Part shown: positions 16,233 to 25,682 of the stretch, one piece after another
How positions within the stretch are numbered: position 1 is the stretch's first letter
Layout: each line of letters begins with the position of its first letter
Virus record (IMG/VR): IMGVR_UViG_3300045988_177924
DNA length: 64,000 bases
Reading direction: 5' to 3' (one strand)
Origin: a virus
Notes under the pieces: generated by a model
Database searches by the model: none
Seen by the model: only the letters and a program-made list of their open reading frames with translations
Told to the model about the DNA's origin: nothing
Made by a program: the position numbers and the translations under genes

Positions 16233-16619
16233 TTAATCTATTTGGGACTTTTCTTCTTCCTCGTCCCATTGGTCGAGGAGTGCTCGAATGTCACTGTCAC
16301 CAAAATCTTCGCCATAATTTATTGCGTGTTCGGCAAGAGTCTTTGTGTCAATCCAACCTGCGTACACGGGGTCGTCGGTTGATTCAAGGTTCGCATAAAC
16401 ATTCAACCTGAAATAACTGTCCACGGGGCAAAATTCTCCGTAATATGCTGCCCGTGCGATTTCCCAAGGTGTTCTTCCGTACAAAATCTCGTCAAAGTCG
16501 TCCATTGAGTAAATGGCGTCATCACCATCTAAATACGAACAACAACTGACGAGTTCGTCGAGATCGTAGTTATCAATAATGTCTTTAATTTGATCAATTT
16601 TGTCATTATATTCTGTCAT
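16233..16619 (-). CDS. hypothetical acidic protein (128 aa)
   Basis: SD TAAGGAGG. Confidence 0.6.
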   Translation of the reverse strand: MTEYNDKIDQIKDIIDNYDLDELVSCCSYLDGDDAIYSMDDFDEILYGRTPWEIARAAYYGEFCPVDSYFRLNVYANLESTDDPVYAGWIDTKTLAEHAINYGEDFGDSDIRALLDQWDEEEEKSQID

Positions 16620-16633
16620 TTTTTATGACCTCC

Positions 16634-16813
16634 TTATTGTTCCATTTGTTCTGCTGCCCACTCATTCATGGGGGTGATGCTTGTCCCACCTTCGTAGTCG
16701 AGACCTTCGGTGTTCTCAAAATATATTGCTTCTTCAAGAGTATCGAAATACTCTTTTTGAACCACTGTGCGACTGCCGTTAATAAAATCAAAACACATTA
16801 CTTCAAAGTTCAT
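16634..16813 (-). CDS. hypothetical protein (59 aa)
   Basis: ATGA overlap with upstream stop; SD GAGGAGG; just under the ORF-track cut-off. Confidence 0.5.
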   Translation of the reverse strand: MNFEVMCFDFINGSRTVVQKEYFDTLEEAIYFENTEGLDYEGGTSITPMNEWAAEQMEQ

Positions 16814-17199
16814 TTTGTTACCTCCTCATTTTTCCAAACAAGGGTGTTATATGTACACCCTTCACTGTCGGTATATACCGAGTAGCCCACTCGTTCAATA
16901 TCATCAATCTGTCCTTGAATTAACTCGATTACTCGTTTTTCTCCAAGTGTGTCTACATACGATGCAAGATACGAATAATAACTGTTAAGTTCGTTGTGGA
17001 GAATGGCAGCCGCGTCTGAGCAGCCACCATATCCGTAACACAACAGAGAGTTAATCATATCGATGCATGCTAATTCTTCTTCACGCAGACGATATTTCTT
17101 GGGGGGATTACGGTATTTCCCGTCGATCCAACCGTAGCCAATGGCTGCGATTTCATTTTTAAGTTGCGACCTTGCGGCCTCTAATTGTTTGTCATTCAT
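16810..17199 (-). CDS. hypothetical protein (129 aa)
   Basis: SD TAGGAGG. Confidence 0.6.
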   Translation of the reverse strand: MNDKQLEAARSQLKNEIAAIGYGWIDGKYRNPPKKYRLREEELACIDMINSLLCYGYGGCSDAAAILHNELNSYYSYLASYVDTLGEKRVIELIQGQIDDIERVGYSVYTDSEGCTYNTLVWKNEEVTK

Positions 17200-17213
17200 T
17201 GTGACACCTCCTA

Positions 17214-17444
17214 TTAATCACGATATAAGTCTGGAGCTCTGAAGCAATTGTGATTCCTTGTCCAGTTGCAAGTAACACACGAATCTTCGTCGCCTATACA
17301 TTCGTCACAAAGCATAATCAACTTACCACAATGTTGGCATCGAGCTACGTAGCCTTGCTTGTTGACATCCCAATTGGGATAAACATTTTCTTGTCCGCAG
17401 AAGGGACAAACCTCAACTGCTTCTGTTTGAATTGTTGTGTTCAT
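17214..17444 (-). CDS. hypothetical zinc-ribbon protein (76 aa)
   Basis: SD TAGGAGG; CPFCG, CQHCG, CDEC, CVTC. Confidence 0.6.
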   Translation of the reverse strand: MNTTIQTEAVEVCPFCGQENVYPNWDVNKQGYVARCQHCGKLIMLCDECIGDEDSCVTCNWTRNHNCFRAPDLYRD

Positions 17445-17456
17445 ATATACCTCCTA

Positions 17457-17645
17457 TTAATCATGATAGCAATATTTGGGAGTGATGTGCCAGTCGTTGT
17501 AACGATCGTCGGCGTAAATTGAACAGTTCGCGGAATATGAGCTTTTTGCAAACTCTATAGCCTCGTCATAATTGTCTGCTACAACCCCAACCAACAGTAA
17601 GGGATTGTCATTGCATTTTACATAAAAACTATAATCTTTAAACAT
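17457..17645 (-). CDS. hypothetical protein (62 aa)
   Basis: SD TAGGAGG before internal ATG 17645. Confidence 0.55.
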   Translation of the reverse strand: MFKDYSFYVKCNDNPLLLVGVVADNYDEAIEFAKSSYSANCSIYADDRYNDWHITPKYCYHD

Positions 17646-17658
17646 GTGTTGCCTCCTA

Positions 17659-17973
17659 TTATTTTCTAAATCTGTATATAGGTTCAATGACCACATCCCC
17701 TATATAAGTACCAGGTTTTAAATCGACACAATTCGTACATTTGTCAACGCAAATCCTACGATCTGTAGCTTCGTCGCAAATTTCCCAATACGCCGGCCGT
17801 ACCAAGTCGAATGCGAAATCGTGGTGATAATGGTCGCAATAGTGAATATCGCGTAAGCCATAGCTTCCGTCGCATTCAGACGCCCAACGCTCGATCATAT
17901 CGAGCGTCATATCTGCGTCGTAGCCAATTCGTTCCATTTCTTTTTTATACGTTTTGTAGTTTGTGAGTTCCAT
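17659..17973 (-). CDS. hypothetical Cys-rich protein (104 aa)
   Basis: SD TAGGAGG. Confidence 0.6.
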   Translation of the reverse strand: MELTNYKTYKKEMERIGYDADMTLDMIERWASECDGSYGLRDIHYCDHYHHDFAFDLVRPAYWEICDEATDRRICVDKCTNCVDLKPGTYIGDVVIEPIYRFRK

Positions 17974-17984
17974 AAAACCACCTC

Positions 17985-18230
17985 CTAAACTTTCTTACAT
18001 TGCTCAGCAATTTTACGAGAATGTTCATTGACAGCCTCTCTCAACATATCCCAGTACATATCCCAGAACGTGTCGTTGCCGAGTATAAGGTCTTCCCATT
18101 CATCCACAATCTTTTCGACTTCCTTATCTGAATAAGGATTTTTCATGTCGTTATTCGTATAATTGTCGAAGAAAAAGTCATAATCATCTTTGTTGCAGAT
18201 GGCCAATCCATCAGTTGTTCTAAGTGCCAT
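17985..18230 (-). CDS. hypothetical acidic protein (81 aa)
   Basis: SD AAAGGAGG; first gene after the internal promoter. Confidence 0.6.
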   Translation of the reverse strand: MALRTTDGLAICNKDDYDFFFDNYTNNDMKNPYSDKEVEKIVDEWEDLILGNDTFWDMYWDMLREAVNEHSRKIAEQCKKV

Positions 18231-18270
18231 AGTAATACCTCCTTTTGTGGCCTAAAATAAGTTGTACAAT

Positions 18271-18299
18271 ATTATATCACAGGCGCCTGAGGTTGTCAA
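18271..18299 (-). promoter_or_regulatory. sigma-70-type promoter TTGACA-17-TATAAT (reverse strand)
   Basis: TTGACA at 18299-18294 and TATAAT at 18276-18271 on the minus strand; a GGCGC/GCGCC inverted repeat straddles the -35. Confidence 0.75.
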
Positions 18300-18318
18300 G
18301 CGCCCGTGAGTAATGATG

Positions 18319-18729
18319 TTAAAGATTTTGGAATTTTCCATAAAGAGCAACGTTGTTAAGTTCCGCGAGATGCTCAAGCAATTCGGGCGACAACGTCAAC
18401 TCATCGTCGTGAGTGTTGATTTTGCTCAATTCAGTTTTCTCTGCGTCGGTTAGCTCTTTCCCGTATGAATCTCTGATGATATCGATGAGTTCACCGTAAA
18501 CATCAGCCGAGTGTGAATACCCATAACCGTGTGTCGCTTTGCCGTAATAAACGATGACATCGTTCATATTCGCGAGAACGTTCATTTCTTTGATACGACC
18601 ACGACGCGGGTGATCAATGTCAGTGACGATAAAGTAGGGTTGGATGAACGCGCGTTCACCTTTTTTGCTATCAATCGTGATGAAGAAGTAATCGGGTTTG
18701 CCGTTTTTGTAAATAGAATTAAATTCCAT
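18319..18729 (-). CDS. hypothetical protein (136 aa)
   Basis: SD AAAGGAGA. Confidence 0.6.
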   Translation of the reverse strand: MEFNSIYKNGKPDYFFITIDSKKGERAFIQPYFIVTDIDHPRRGRIKEMNVLANMNDVIVYYGKATHGYGYSHSADVYGELIDIIRDSYGKELTDAEKTELSKINTHDDELTLSPELLEHLAELNNVALYGKFQNL

Positions 18730-18746
18730 AGTTTGTTATCTCCTTT

Positions 18747-18971
18747 TTATTTATTATTTTTAATTGTATAATTGAATCCTTCTACGCAGAATCCGGTTAA
18801 ATCGGAAAGAGCGTCGGCGATTTCATCATCCAAATAATCGCCATCTACGTAATCCTCAATGTTGATATCACAACTGTGAGGTAAGGTTTTTGCTAATTTT
18901 TTGTCGCCGTCTGTGTCCCATACTATTTCGCTGCATCTGACACAAATGGTTCTTCCTAATCTTTTAATCAT
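18747..18971 (-). CDS. hypothetical protein (74 aa)
   Basis: SD TAAGGAGG. Confidence 0.55.
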   Translation of the reverse strand: MIKRLGRTICVRCSEIVWDTDGDKKLAKTLPHSCDINIEDYVDGDYLDDEIADALSDLTGFCVEGFNYTIKNNK

Positions 18972-18983
18972 TTAGACGCCTCC

Positions 18984-19256
18984 TTATAATTTTTTCAATT
19001 CGTCTATTTTTGCTCTATTTACTTCGAGCGAGCCGCCCATATCGTATTCATCGTCAGGATCTCCGTCGTCGGGATTGATGTCAATACCATATTTCGTCGC
19101 GAATTCTTCGATTTCGTCTCTTGAATATCCATAAGCGGTTATTGTGGATACGAAGATGTAGAAATCGTCGAAATCCTCATCCTCGAATTTGGCTTCTTCT
19201 TCGTAAGTATTAATGATGATGTTTTTAATGTTTCTTTCTGCTATTTTGCTTAACAT
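18984..19256 (-). CDS. hypothetical acidic protein (90 aa)
   Basis: SD AAAGGAGG. Confidence 0.6.
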   Translation of the reverse strand: MLSKIAERNIKNIIINTYEEEAKFEDEDFDDFYIFVSTITAYGYSRDEIEEFATKYGIDINPDDGDPDDEYDMGGSLEVNRAKIDELKKL

Positions 19257-19276
19257 ATCTTTGGCCTCCTTTTGAT

Positions 19277-19501
19277 TTATTGAACTTCGTAGAACTTGGG
19301 CATTCCGCCGAGTTCGTAGTTGTAGGTTATGTCATCTGTAATATTATCGAAATCGACGTCAACGTAATCGTTCGAATCAAGAACAATTTGCTCATCATGG
19401 TAAGCGTCGCTTACTTTTTGAATTGCGTCACATACGTCTGTAGCGTGGACTTCGACGGTTCTTTTCAAGGTCTCAGTGACCGAAATGTAAAAAGTTTTCA
19501 T
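19277..19501 (-). CDS. hypothetical acidic protein (74 aa)
   Basis: SD GGGAAAGG; structured leader at 19502-19572. Confidence 0.55.
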   Translation of the reverse strand: MKTFYISVTETLKRTVEVHATDVCDAIQKVSDAYHDEQIVLDSNDYVDVDFDNITDDITYNYELGGMPKFYEVQ

Positions 19502-19572
19502 ATTTATGCCTTTCCCTTTCGGGACAGTCGGGTTTGGTTTTTAAGCCGACTTTGCGACCCCGACCGTTTTGT

Positions 19573-19761
19573 TTAGATATATAATTCGATATTATCTAGA
19601 TAATCTTTTGCGCCTTCATATGCGTCGTTTGGATTATTGAATTTTTGGCTGTATCCGTGTTTGGTTGTATACACATAACCGCCTTTGACGGATTTTATTT
19701 GGACTTTGATTTTGTCCCCGAATCGATTTCTTAATTGTTGATTCAAATTTTCCATATCCAT
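19573..19761 (-). CDS. hypothetical protein (62 aa)
   Basis: SD TAAGGAG. Confidence 0.55.
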   Translation of the reverse strand: MDMENLNQQLRNRFGDKIKVQIKSVKGGYVYTTKHGYSQKFNNPNDAYEGAKDYLDNIELYI

Positions 19762-19770
19762 AATTGCTCC

Positions 19771-20040
19771 TTATCTGATGAATTCTGCAATTACTTCATC
19801 ATCGGTTACTTTAACTACGCGGTAAGTGTGTAACGGGTCCTCTTCGTCAACGAACCAAATTCTCAGTGCTTCCCCGACTTGGCAGAACGATTCGTAAACA
19901 AGCGACTTTTTAATTTTGATATTCCCGTCCGATGCGAGCACATAATCGTCTTCGTTACAACCGAGCGCAACGTCATATTCAACGTCATCTTCGTCTTCTG
20001 CATTAACGCAGGTTTCAACGAGAGTGTAATATTGTTCCAT
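19771..20040 (-). CDS. hypothetical acidic protein (89 aa)
   Basis: SD AAAGGAAA. Confidence 0.55.
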   Translation of the reverse strand: MEQYYTLVETCVNAEDEDDVEYDVALGCNEDDYVLASDGNIKIKKSLVYESFCQVGEALRIWFVDEEDPLHTYRVVKVTDDEVIAEFIR

Positions 20041-20095
20041 AAAATTTCCTTTTTCGGCTTTCTATGCGGGAAAGTGTCCCAAGGCGGCTTGTTTG

Positions 20096-20770
20096 TTATA
20101 AAATTCCGTTATCTTCAAGAGCTGTCTCGATATCGTCGAAAGTTTCTGCAATCTCACAGTCTTCTGGAATTACATACACGAGTTCGCCGGTGGATAATCT
20201 CTTGATTTCCAACGGTGTATTTGGGAGTTGAACCAGAATGGCGCCGGCCTCATCGCCGTATTCGCAAGATTCAAACAATACATACGTGTCTTTACCTACG
20301 TTGGTGCGATCGATTTCATACCAGGTGAAATAACGCCCTTCAATCTCATAATCAAGATTGGGGTTTTCGGTGATTTCACCATTATCTGAAATTACGACGG
20401 ATTTAAAACCCTCATATACTTTAAGGAAATATTCCGCTAACTGGTCGTAATCTTCATCTTTAGAAATTGATACTGAGAAATCGGCTACATCCCCGTTTGG
20501 GTAATACGGGAAGTTAATGTAGTCAAGATCGGTTCTCATACTATCTGAAGTCCAGACTTTGAGAGCAATATTGATTGCATAATCGGGTTCGTCTTTTGCC
20601 TGAATTACGTCTTCACGCAATTCGTCACCGTATCCAGCGGACCAACCAACGCACACAGCGAGGTGGTCGTCCAAGGTAAAAGTACAACAACCCTCTTGAT
20701 GGTCGATTACCCAATCGACACTTTCTTTAAGCCACTGGCTCAATTGTTTCGTTTGCATTTGTTTGTTCAT
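20096..20770 (-). CDS. hypothetical acidic protein (224 aa)
   Basis: SD AAAGGAGG. Confidence 0.65.
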   Translation of the reverse strand: MNKQMQTKQLSQWLKESVDWVIDHQEGCCTFTLDDHLAVCVGWSAGYGDELREDVIQAKDEPDYAINIALKVWTSDSMRTDLDYINFPYYPNGDVADFSVSISKDEDYDQLAEYFLKVYEGFKSVVISDNGEITENPNLDYEIEGRYFTWYEIDRTNVGKDTYVLFESCEYGDEAGAILVQLPNTPLEIKRLSTGELVYVIPEDCEIAETFDDIETALEDNGIL

Positions 20771-20781
20771 ATATACCTCCT

Positions 20782-20934
20782 TTATTCTTCCACATAAGTA
20801 TCTATAATTTCAACGCCGTCATAAGCGTTTAACATCCACGATACATCCGTGTATCTTTCCGCATAGCGAACATTTAATCCGTCGTTGTCGCCTTCGAAAA
20901 TGAAACCTTCGTAAACCACTTTATATCTTTCCAT
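20782..20934 (-). CDS. hypothetical protein (50 aa)
   Basis: SD CAGGAGTG before ATG 20934; fills an otherwise empty gap; below the ORF-track cut-off. Confidence 0.45.
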   Translation of the reverse strand: MERYKVVYEGFIFEGDNDGLNVRYAERYTDVSWMLNAYDGVEIIDTYVEE

Positions 20935-20956
20935 GTTTCACTCCTGCGGCTTACGT

Positions 20957-21274
20957 CTATTCGAGCACTTCAAGTTCGCGCCAATAAACAGTATAATGTT
21001 CTGTATTATACCATCCATCTTCATAAAACGAAAACGATTCGCCTTCTGGCCCGACAAACTCATCACAAACGAATACATCGCCGTATTCGTCTTCTTTGAA
21101 ATTCCCGTCGCTATCAAAGTATTCTGGATAGTCGTTCATTTTCGTCTCTTTGACGCAAATGTCATACAATGCCTTTGCGGCCTCTTGGCGCTCGAATGCC
21201 TTGATTGTTTGATCACTGTCGCCACTACGATCTGCGTAGTCAATGACCACTAAGTAAATACATTTTTTTGCCAT
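20957..21274 (-). CDS. hypothetical acidic protein (105 aa)
   Basis: SD TAGGAGA. Confidence 0.6.
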   Translation of the reverse strand: MAKKCIYLVVIDYADRSGDSDQTIKAFERQEAAKALYDICVKETKMNDYPEYFDSDGNFKEDEYGDVFVCDEFVGPEGESFSFYEDGWYNTEHYTVYWRELEVLE

Positions 21275-21334
21275 AATTTTGATTCTCCTATTTATTTATT
21301 TTACCCGTAACGTCGATAGCACATCGTGATTGAT

Positions 21335-22279
21335 TTAGAACTTGTATTCTTTGATGGCGTCTTTCCAACAACTGCTGTCGCAACCGTAGCACACTTCAAT
21401 CGAATAATCCCTTCGTGCCCCATCTGGTTTGACGTCGCAGATGAGTTTGATTGGGATTTCGACATCCTTCTCAAGTTGGATACCCCAGCAGCTACCACCG
21501 CCATTCCAACTATCGTAAAGAAGACACTCAACGTCTTTGCTGACGACGATTGAACCGCAGTCTTTGCGATCTTCGGGTTCCCAATGATACCCGTCTTCAT
21601 CTCTCTTGTTGATGATTTCTTGAAGTTCTATCAGCTTACCAAGAGTCATCTTTACAGGGAAGAAAAGGGCTGGCAACGGCACACAGCAGTTGATGAGTTC
21701 GTCGTACACGGTTTCCAAGAAGCCGTGACGTTCAAGGCTGTCCTCGAGTGTGTTCAACGCATGCTGGAGCTGCTCTTTTGAGTAACCTTGAGTTTTTGCC
21801 AACCACACCAACGATGCGCGATCGTCGATTTCTTCTCCCTCACGACCGTTGTAATGCGGATAAATCGCATTCAGCGTGAAGTCGTAGTTTGCATCGCCCG
21901 TGTCGATACGAATGTCGACGTTGACTTCTTGTTCCAAATACTCGTCGGTCGGATATTTGAAATACCACATCGATTCGAGTTCTTCACGAATTTTTTCGTC
22001 GTCCCATGATTGACGGGTAAGAGTTTTCTTGAACTCTGTAATGAGTTCTGCTTCATACTCCCAAGCGGCGTCATCCCACCAATCGTAACATTTTTCCTCG
22101 AGTGTCTCCATCGGATATTTTGAATCCAAAATTTCGCCGATGGTTTTGTCGTCAATGATATCATCATAAGAACGATAAGGTTCGTCGTAGTAGCACTGGG
22201 ACTTTTCGTCCCAAGCCCACGGGCCGTATTTCTCATCGAGAAAAGCTTTGAGCTTCTGTTGTAAAACTGTTTGTTTCAT
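21335..22279 (-). CDS. hypothetical acidic protein (314 aa)
   Basis: SD TAAGGAGG before ATG 22279. Confidence 0.65.
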   Translation of the reverse strand: MKQTVLQQKLKAFLDEKYGPWAWDEKSQCYYDEPYRSYDDIIDDKTIGEILDSKYPMETLEEKCYDWWDDAAWEYEAELITEFKKTLTRQSWDDEKIREELESMWYFKYPTDEYLEQEVNVDIRIDTGDANYDFTLNAIYPHYNGREGEEIDDRASLVWLAKTQGYSKEQLQHALNTLEDSLERHGFLETVYDELINCCVPLPALFFPVKMTLGKLIELQEIINKRDEDGYHWEPEDRKDCGSIVVSKDVECLLYDSWNGGGSCWGIQLEKDVEIPIKLICDVKPDGARRDYSIEVCYGCDSSCWKDAIKEYKF

Positions 22280-22289
22280 ATAAACCTCC

Positions 22290-22664
22290 TTAATTTTCTT
22301 CGGGGATACAATATCCGTATCCCCAGTCATCGATTTCGCTTTCGGTCATTTGGATTTCTCCAATGAGCGTTTGATACAATTCTTCCGCACCATCGGAATT
22401 GGCTTCCACGTAGCGCAACAAACGTTTAATGAGCGAGTTCTTTGTAAAAGAATATTTCTCTTCAATTAACGCTTGAAGCGCATCGTCTGCGGTGCTGTAC
22501 GAATACAGCCCTTGACTCCAAGTTCCGTCGGTCCGATTATAACCGAGGCCGACGAAGTAATCTTCACCCCAAAACATATCGCGTTTTATGATAGCGTGTT
22601 CGCGATTGCCGTCGGGAATGATTGTAACAATTTGATAACCTTGTGCTGTTTTTTCAGTAAACAT
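22290..22664 (-). CDS. hypothetical protein (124 aa)
   Basis: SD AAAGGAGGA. Confidence 0.6.
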   Translation of the reverse strand: MFTEKTAQGYQIVTIIPDGNREHAIIKRDMFWGEDYFVGLGYNRTDGTWSQGLYSYSTADDALQALIEEKYSFTKNSLIKRLLRYVEANSDGAEELYQTLIGEIQMTESEIDDWGYGYCIPEEN

Positions 22665-22676
22665 ATATATCCTCCT

Positions 22677-22946
22677 TTAATTGTTGTAGGCGTATTCATT
22701 GTCTTTCCATTCTTCAAAGCACGCCGGAGAGCTGCCTTCAAAATAGTCATCACAATGATCAATAATCCAGTCTTGCAGATAACGCAGATAGCGCTCGTGC
22801 ATACTGTCGCTGTCTTCATCAAGAATAACAGCGCTGTCGAGATGGACGTGGATGTCTCCGTCCATCTTTTGCTCCAATGTGTCAATCACTTGACCATCAT
22901 TGATTGTGTCATCGACATCGATGACAGCTAAAATGTTTCTGTACAT
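22677..22946 (-). CDS. hypothetical acidic protein (89 aa)
   Basis: SD AAAGGAGG before ATG 22946. Confidence 0.55.
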   Translation of the reverse strand: MYRNILAVIDVDDTINDGQVIDTLEQKMDGDIHVHLDSAVILDEDSDSMHERYLRYLQDWIIDHCDDYFEGSSPACFEEWKDNEYAYNN

Positions 22947-22960
22947 GTTCTGTACCTCCT

Positions 22961-23557
22961 TTAATAACTTAGGACGAGCACGCCGTCGTTCTGTTCGCGG
23001 TCGAACCATACTTGGATGTCGTCTTCAGAGAGATTTTCAATCTTTTCTCTGGTGAAACAATCGTTTTCAATAAAGTGTTCCTTAACATATTTGAGGATTT
23101 TCTCCGTCGGGGCGACCACGTTCTTTGAAGTGACCACGCCTCTCATATGGAGGCTCTTGATATACCAACGGAAGAGATGGTCTTCCGTTTGGATGTTTGC
23201 CCATGTCGCGATGGACTTTTTGATTTTCGCAACGGGGCGAATGTCACCGAGCACGCCACCGCTATAATAACCGTGTTTTGCTCCTGCGGCGATACACGCC
23301 GTAAAACAACGACAAGTTTCTTCGAAGCAAGAAGTATCGCCATCCTCGTATTCAGGGGTTGCGACGTCTTCTGCGATGAATTCATAATCTGAATCATCAG
23401 CTCCGTCGGGAATGCCGTTTGTGAGCCAGAGGTCCATGACACTTTCGTCATTAAGACTACGGACGACAACGTCCATAGCCTTGAGAAGTTCTACTCTTTT
23501 TGCAACGTTTTCGGGTTGCATTACGATTTCGAGCTGTTTTTGAGACAGTTTTTCCAT
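22961..23557 (-). CDS. hypothetical protein (198 aa)
   Basis: SD TAAGGAGG. Confidence 0.65.
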   Translation of the reverse strand: MEKLSQKQLEIVMQPENVAKRVELLKAMDVVVRSLNDESVMDLWLTNGIPDGADDSDYEFIAEDVATPEYEDGDTSCFEETCRCFTACIAAGAKHGYYSGGVLGDIRPVAKIKKSIATWANIQTEDHLFRWYIKSLHMRGVVTSKNVVAPTEKILKYVKEHFIENDCFTREKIENLSEDDIQVWFDREQNDGVLVLSY

Positions 23558-23570
23558 TGTTTTTACCTCC

Positions 23571-23858
23571 TTAGCAATACCAACTTGCTTTTTCGATAAG
23601 ATCCCAAGTGGTTACATCAAGCACTTGTTGAACGGTGTAATTTTCATCGGTGATAAGATCACTCACACATTGAACGAGTGCTATAATCGTCATCTCTTCC
23701 GCTTTAAGATAAGCAGTTCGTATAACCCCACAAAGGGCTTCAAAATCGTCATCAGTGTAGTCAAAATCGAATACGCAGTCGCATTCGTTTGCAATCTCCA
23801 GATCGAGAATGCTGAGGTCGTGGTCGTTTGCTATTTTTAATTGTTCTTTAAATGTCAT
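23571..23858 (-). CDS. hypothetical acidic protein (95 aa)
   Basis: SD TAAGGAGGG. Confidence 0.6.
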   Translation of the reverse strand: MTFKEQLKIANDHDLSILDLEIANECDCVFDFDYTDDDFEALCGVIRTAYLKAEEMTIIALVQCVSDLITDENYTVQQVLDVTTWDLIEKASWYC

Positions 23859-23872
23859 ATATATGACCCTCC

Positions 23873-24088
23873 TTAAAATTGTTCGATATTGTGTGCCGCA
23901 AGAATATCTTGCAGTGCGTCGTTGTAAATTGCATTATACGTATCATCATTAGCGAGTGCATCTTGCAACTCATCATTAATGATTCCGAGTTCGTCGTTAG
24001 ACAAACGACTTGTGTTATACCCTAAACACTCAATGGCGTTTAGGGTATCTTCTTTTTCAACTTTTTTAGCAATTTCGTATTTGTTCAT
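23873..24088 (-). CDS. hypothetical acidic protein (71 aa)
   Basis: SD AAAGGAGGG. Confidence 0.55.
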   Translation of the reverse strand: MNKYEIAKKVEKEDTLNAIECLGYNTSRLSNDELGIINDELQDALANDDTYNAIYNDALQDILAAHNIEQF

Positions 24089-24099
24089 ATGGCCCTCCT

Positions 24100-24423
24100 T
24101 TAACCAATATACTCAAAGTAGATAAATTCATCATCTTCGTTGATCATTTTATAGGAATAAACATTCCCATCGTCATTGTCGTCAGCAAATTGGATATTAA
24201 TGTATGTTCCTTGTTGATAATCATCAAAGATAAATTTGTCAACGGCGATCCCGTCTTTTGTTTCGGTGTAATCTACTTCTTCAAGAACCAGATCGATTTC
24301 GTCGTCAGCCGGAAACACCACGTTATAGTTTTCCGTATATTGACGAAGTTGTTCTACCGACGTGATTTCGATAGGCGCGTTGGTGTGCGCTTCTTTGTAA
24401 TCATTACCATAATAATACTTCAT
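24100..24423 (-). CDS. hypothetical acidic protein (107 aa)
   Basis: SD CAGGAGG. Confidence 0.6.
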   Translation of the reverse strand: MKYYYGNDYKEAHTNAPIEITSVEQLRQYTENYNVVFPADDEIDLVLEEVDYTETKDGIAVDKFIFDDYQQGTYINIQFADDNDDGNVYSYKMINEDDEFIYFEYIG

Positions 24424-24454
24424 CTGTATTACCTCCTGTACTTATTCTGCTGAT

Positions 24455-24619
24455 TCAGTCATTTTTGTATTCTTCGCAATTTTCTTGTAGACGTTCAATC
24501 GCTTGATCAACGTGTATGTACGTCCACTTTCTTGCGTAATCAGTTAATTCGTCATTATCACCCACAATGAGTTCGTTTCTGATTTCTTCAAGTTGGTCAA
24601 TCATTTCTTGTCGCGTCAT
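24455..24619 (-). CDS. hypothetical protein (54 aa)
   Basis: SD TAAGGAG before ATG 24619; overlaps the upstream gene by 23 nt; below the ORF-track cut-off. Confidence 0.4.
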   Translation of the reverse strand: MTRQEMIDQLEEIRNELIVGDNDELTDYARKWTYIHVDQAIERLQENCEEYKND

Positions 24620-24806
24620 TTTTTGTACTCCTTATAATACCGTAGATGTCGTCTACGTAGTAGCAACCCACAAACGGATTGTAAATTGCAGTGCAGCGAA
24701 TACCTTTGTAATCGACGATAACGTCATTACATCCGTTTTCGCTAACGATGGTGACTTCGGCGAATTGACCGCCGAGGGAATGGATTCTTGCTTGAATTGT
24801 TCTCAT
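24597..24806 (-). CDS. hypothetical protein (69 aa)
   Basis: SD TAAGGAGG. Confidence 0.55.
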   Translation of the reverse strand: MRTIQARIHSLGGQFAEVTIVSENGCNDVIVDYKGIRCTAIYNPFVGCYYVDDIYGIIRSTKNDATRND

Positions 24807-24818
24807 GTTGATACCTCC

Positions 24819-25220
24819 TTAAACTTCGAAATTGTTTATAAACGCGTTTGCCGCGCCTTGGTTAGCTATTATTTGTTCTATTTTAGTCTTGAGTGAAGAC
24901 CAGTTTTGAAGAAGCACGTATAGATCGCCTGCATAGCGTTCTTCAAAAATTACGGCAGGACCGAATCCCTTTTCGAGCCCAACGTGGGCTTTTTGATATT
25001 TGTTCCAACCCGAACAAAAATCATAAAGCTCGGGTTTGATAACCAAAACATACATTGGGGTTGGAGTCCCCGTTCTTGGACAGTGGTAAGTCCCTCCAAA
25101 CTCGAGTCGAACATCGCCCGCAAGACGCGGGACGACGTTTTCGACGATGTAACGTTCAATTGCGAGAGCGTTTTGCTTAATTTGTTCTTTTTGTTCTTTT
25201 GTGAATGTGATGTTTTCCAT
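24819..25220 (-). CDS. hypothetical protein (133 aa)
   Basis: SD AAAGGAGG. Confidence 0.6.
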   Translation of the reverse strand: MENITFTKEQKEQIKQNALAIERYIVENVVPRLAGDVRLEFGGTYHCPRTGTPTPMYVLVIKPELYDFCSGWNKYQKAHVGLEKGFGPAVIFEERYAGDLYVLLQNWSSLKTKIEQIIANQGAANAFINNFEV

Positions 25221-25234
25221 TTTTATGCCTCCTT

Positions 25235-25444
25235 TTAGTTCAACACAATCGTGTCGCTTGGTTCGTCTTCGCCCACTTTGTAGATGAAGACTCTTGCTTC
25301 ACCGTCTGACGTCACATCAAGACGGACTTCTGCTTGTCCACCTTCAGTGTTAAGGATAATCGATATCCCTTTGAAATCGCCGTCTGTGAACGCCGTTGCC
25401 ATTGCGAGACCTGCTGCGGTCTCTTGTAAAAGTTGATTTTTCAT
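25235..25444 (-). CDS. hypothetical protein (69 aa)
   Basis: SD TAGGAGG before ATG 25444. Confidence 0.55.
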   Translation of the reverse strand: MKNQLLQETAAGLAMATAFTDGDFKGISIILNTEGGQAEVRLDVTSDGEARVFIYKVGEDEPSDTIVLN

Positions 25445-25455
25445 TTTGCTACCTC

Positions 25456-25671
25456 CTAAATTTTGGTATATTCTTGTGCAAGCTCGTTGCACAATTGTTT
25501 AAAAGCCGTTTTGGCTTCCAGGCGAGTGTCATATATTTTGGTTGACACCCTTGGTGCGTTATCACACCAACCGCCTTTCTCACGGTTGATGGTAATGATG
25601 ATGTTGTCTTCAAGGACAATTGTTTGATATAATAGGCAATCGTTGCCATATTTTAGATATCGAGCTATCAT
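25456..25671 (-). CDS. hypothetical protein (71 aa)
   Basis: SD AAAGGAGG. Confidence 0.55.
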   Translation of the reverse strand: MIARYLKYGNDCLLYQTIVLEDNIIITINREKGGWCDNAPRVSTKIYDTRLEAKTAFKQLCNELAQEYTKI

Positions 25672-25682
25672 CCATACCTCCT

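Noticed and set aside
21301-22236. Alternative-frame and antisense track ORFs within gene 21335-22279. The same applies to similar overlapping ORFs throughout: 1489-2085, 5467-5910, 9517-9942, 23143-23469, 49495-49797, 62813-63268 and others.
   Set aside because: They lack SDs, lie inside better-supported genes, and break the otherwise strict operon grammar.
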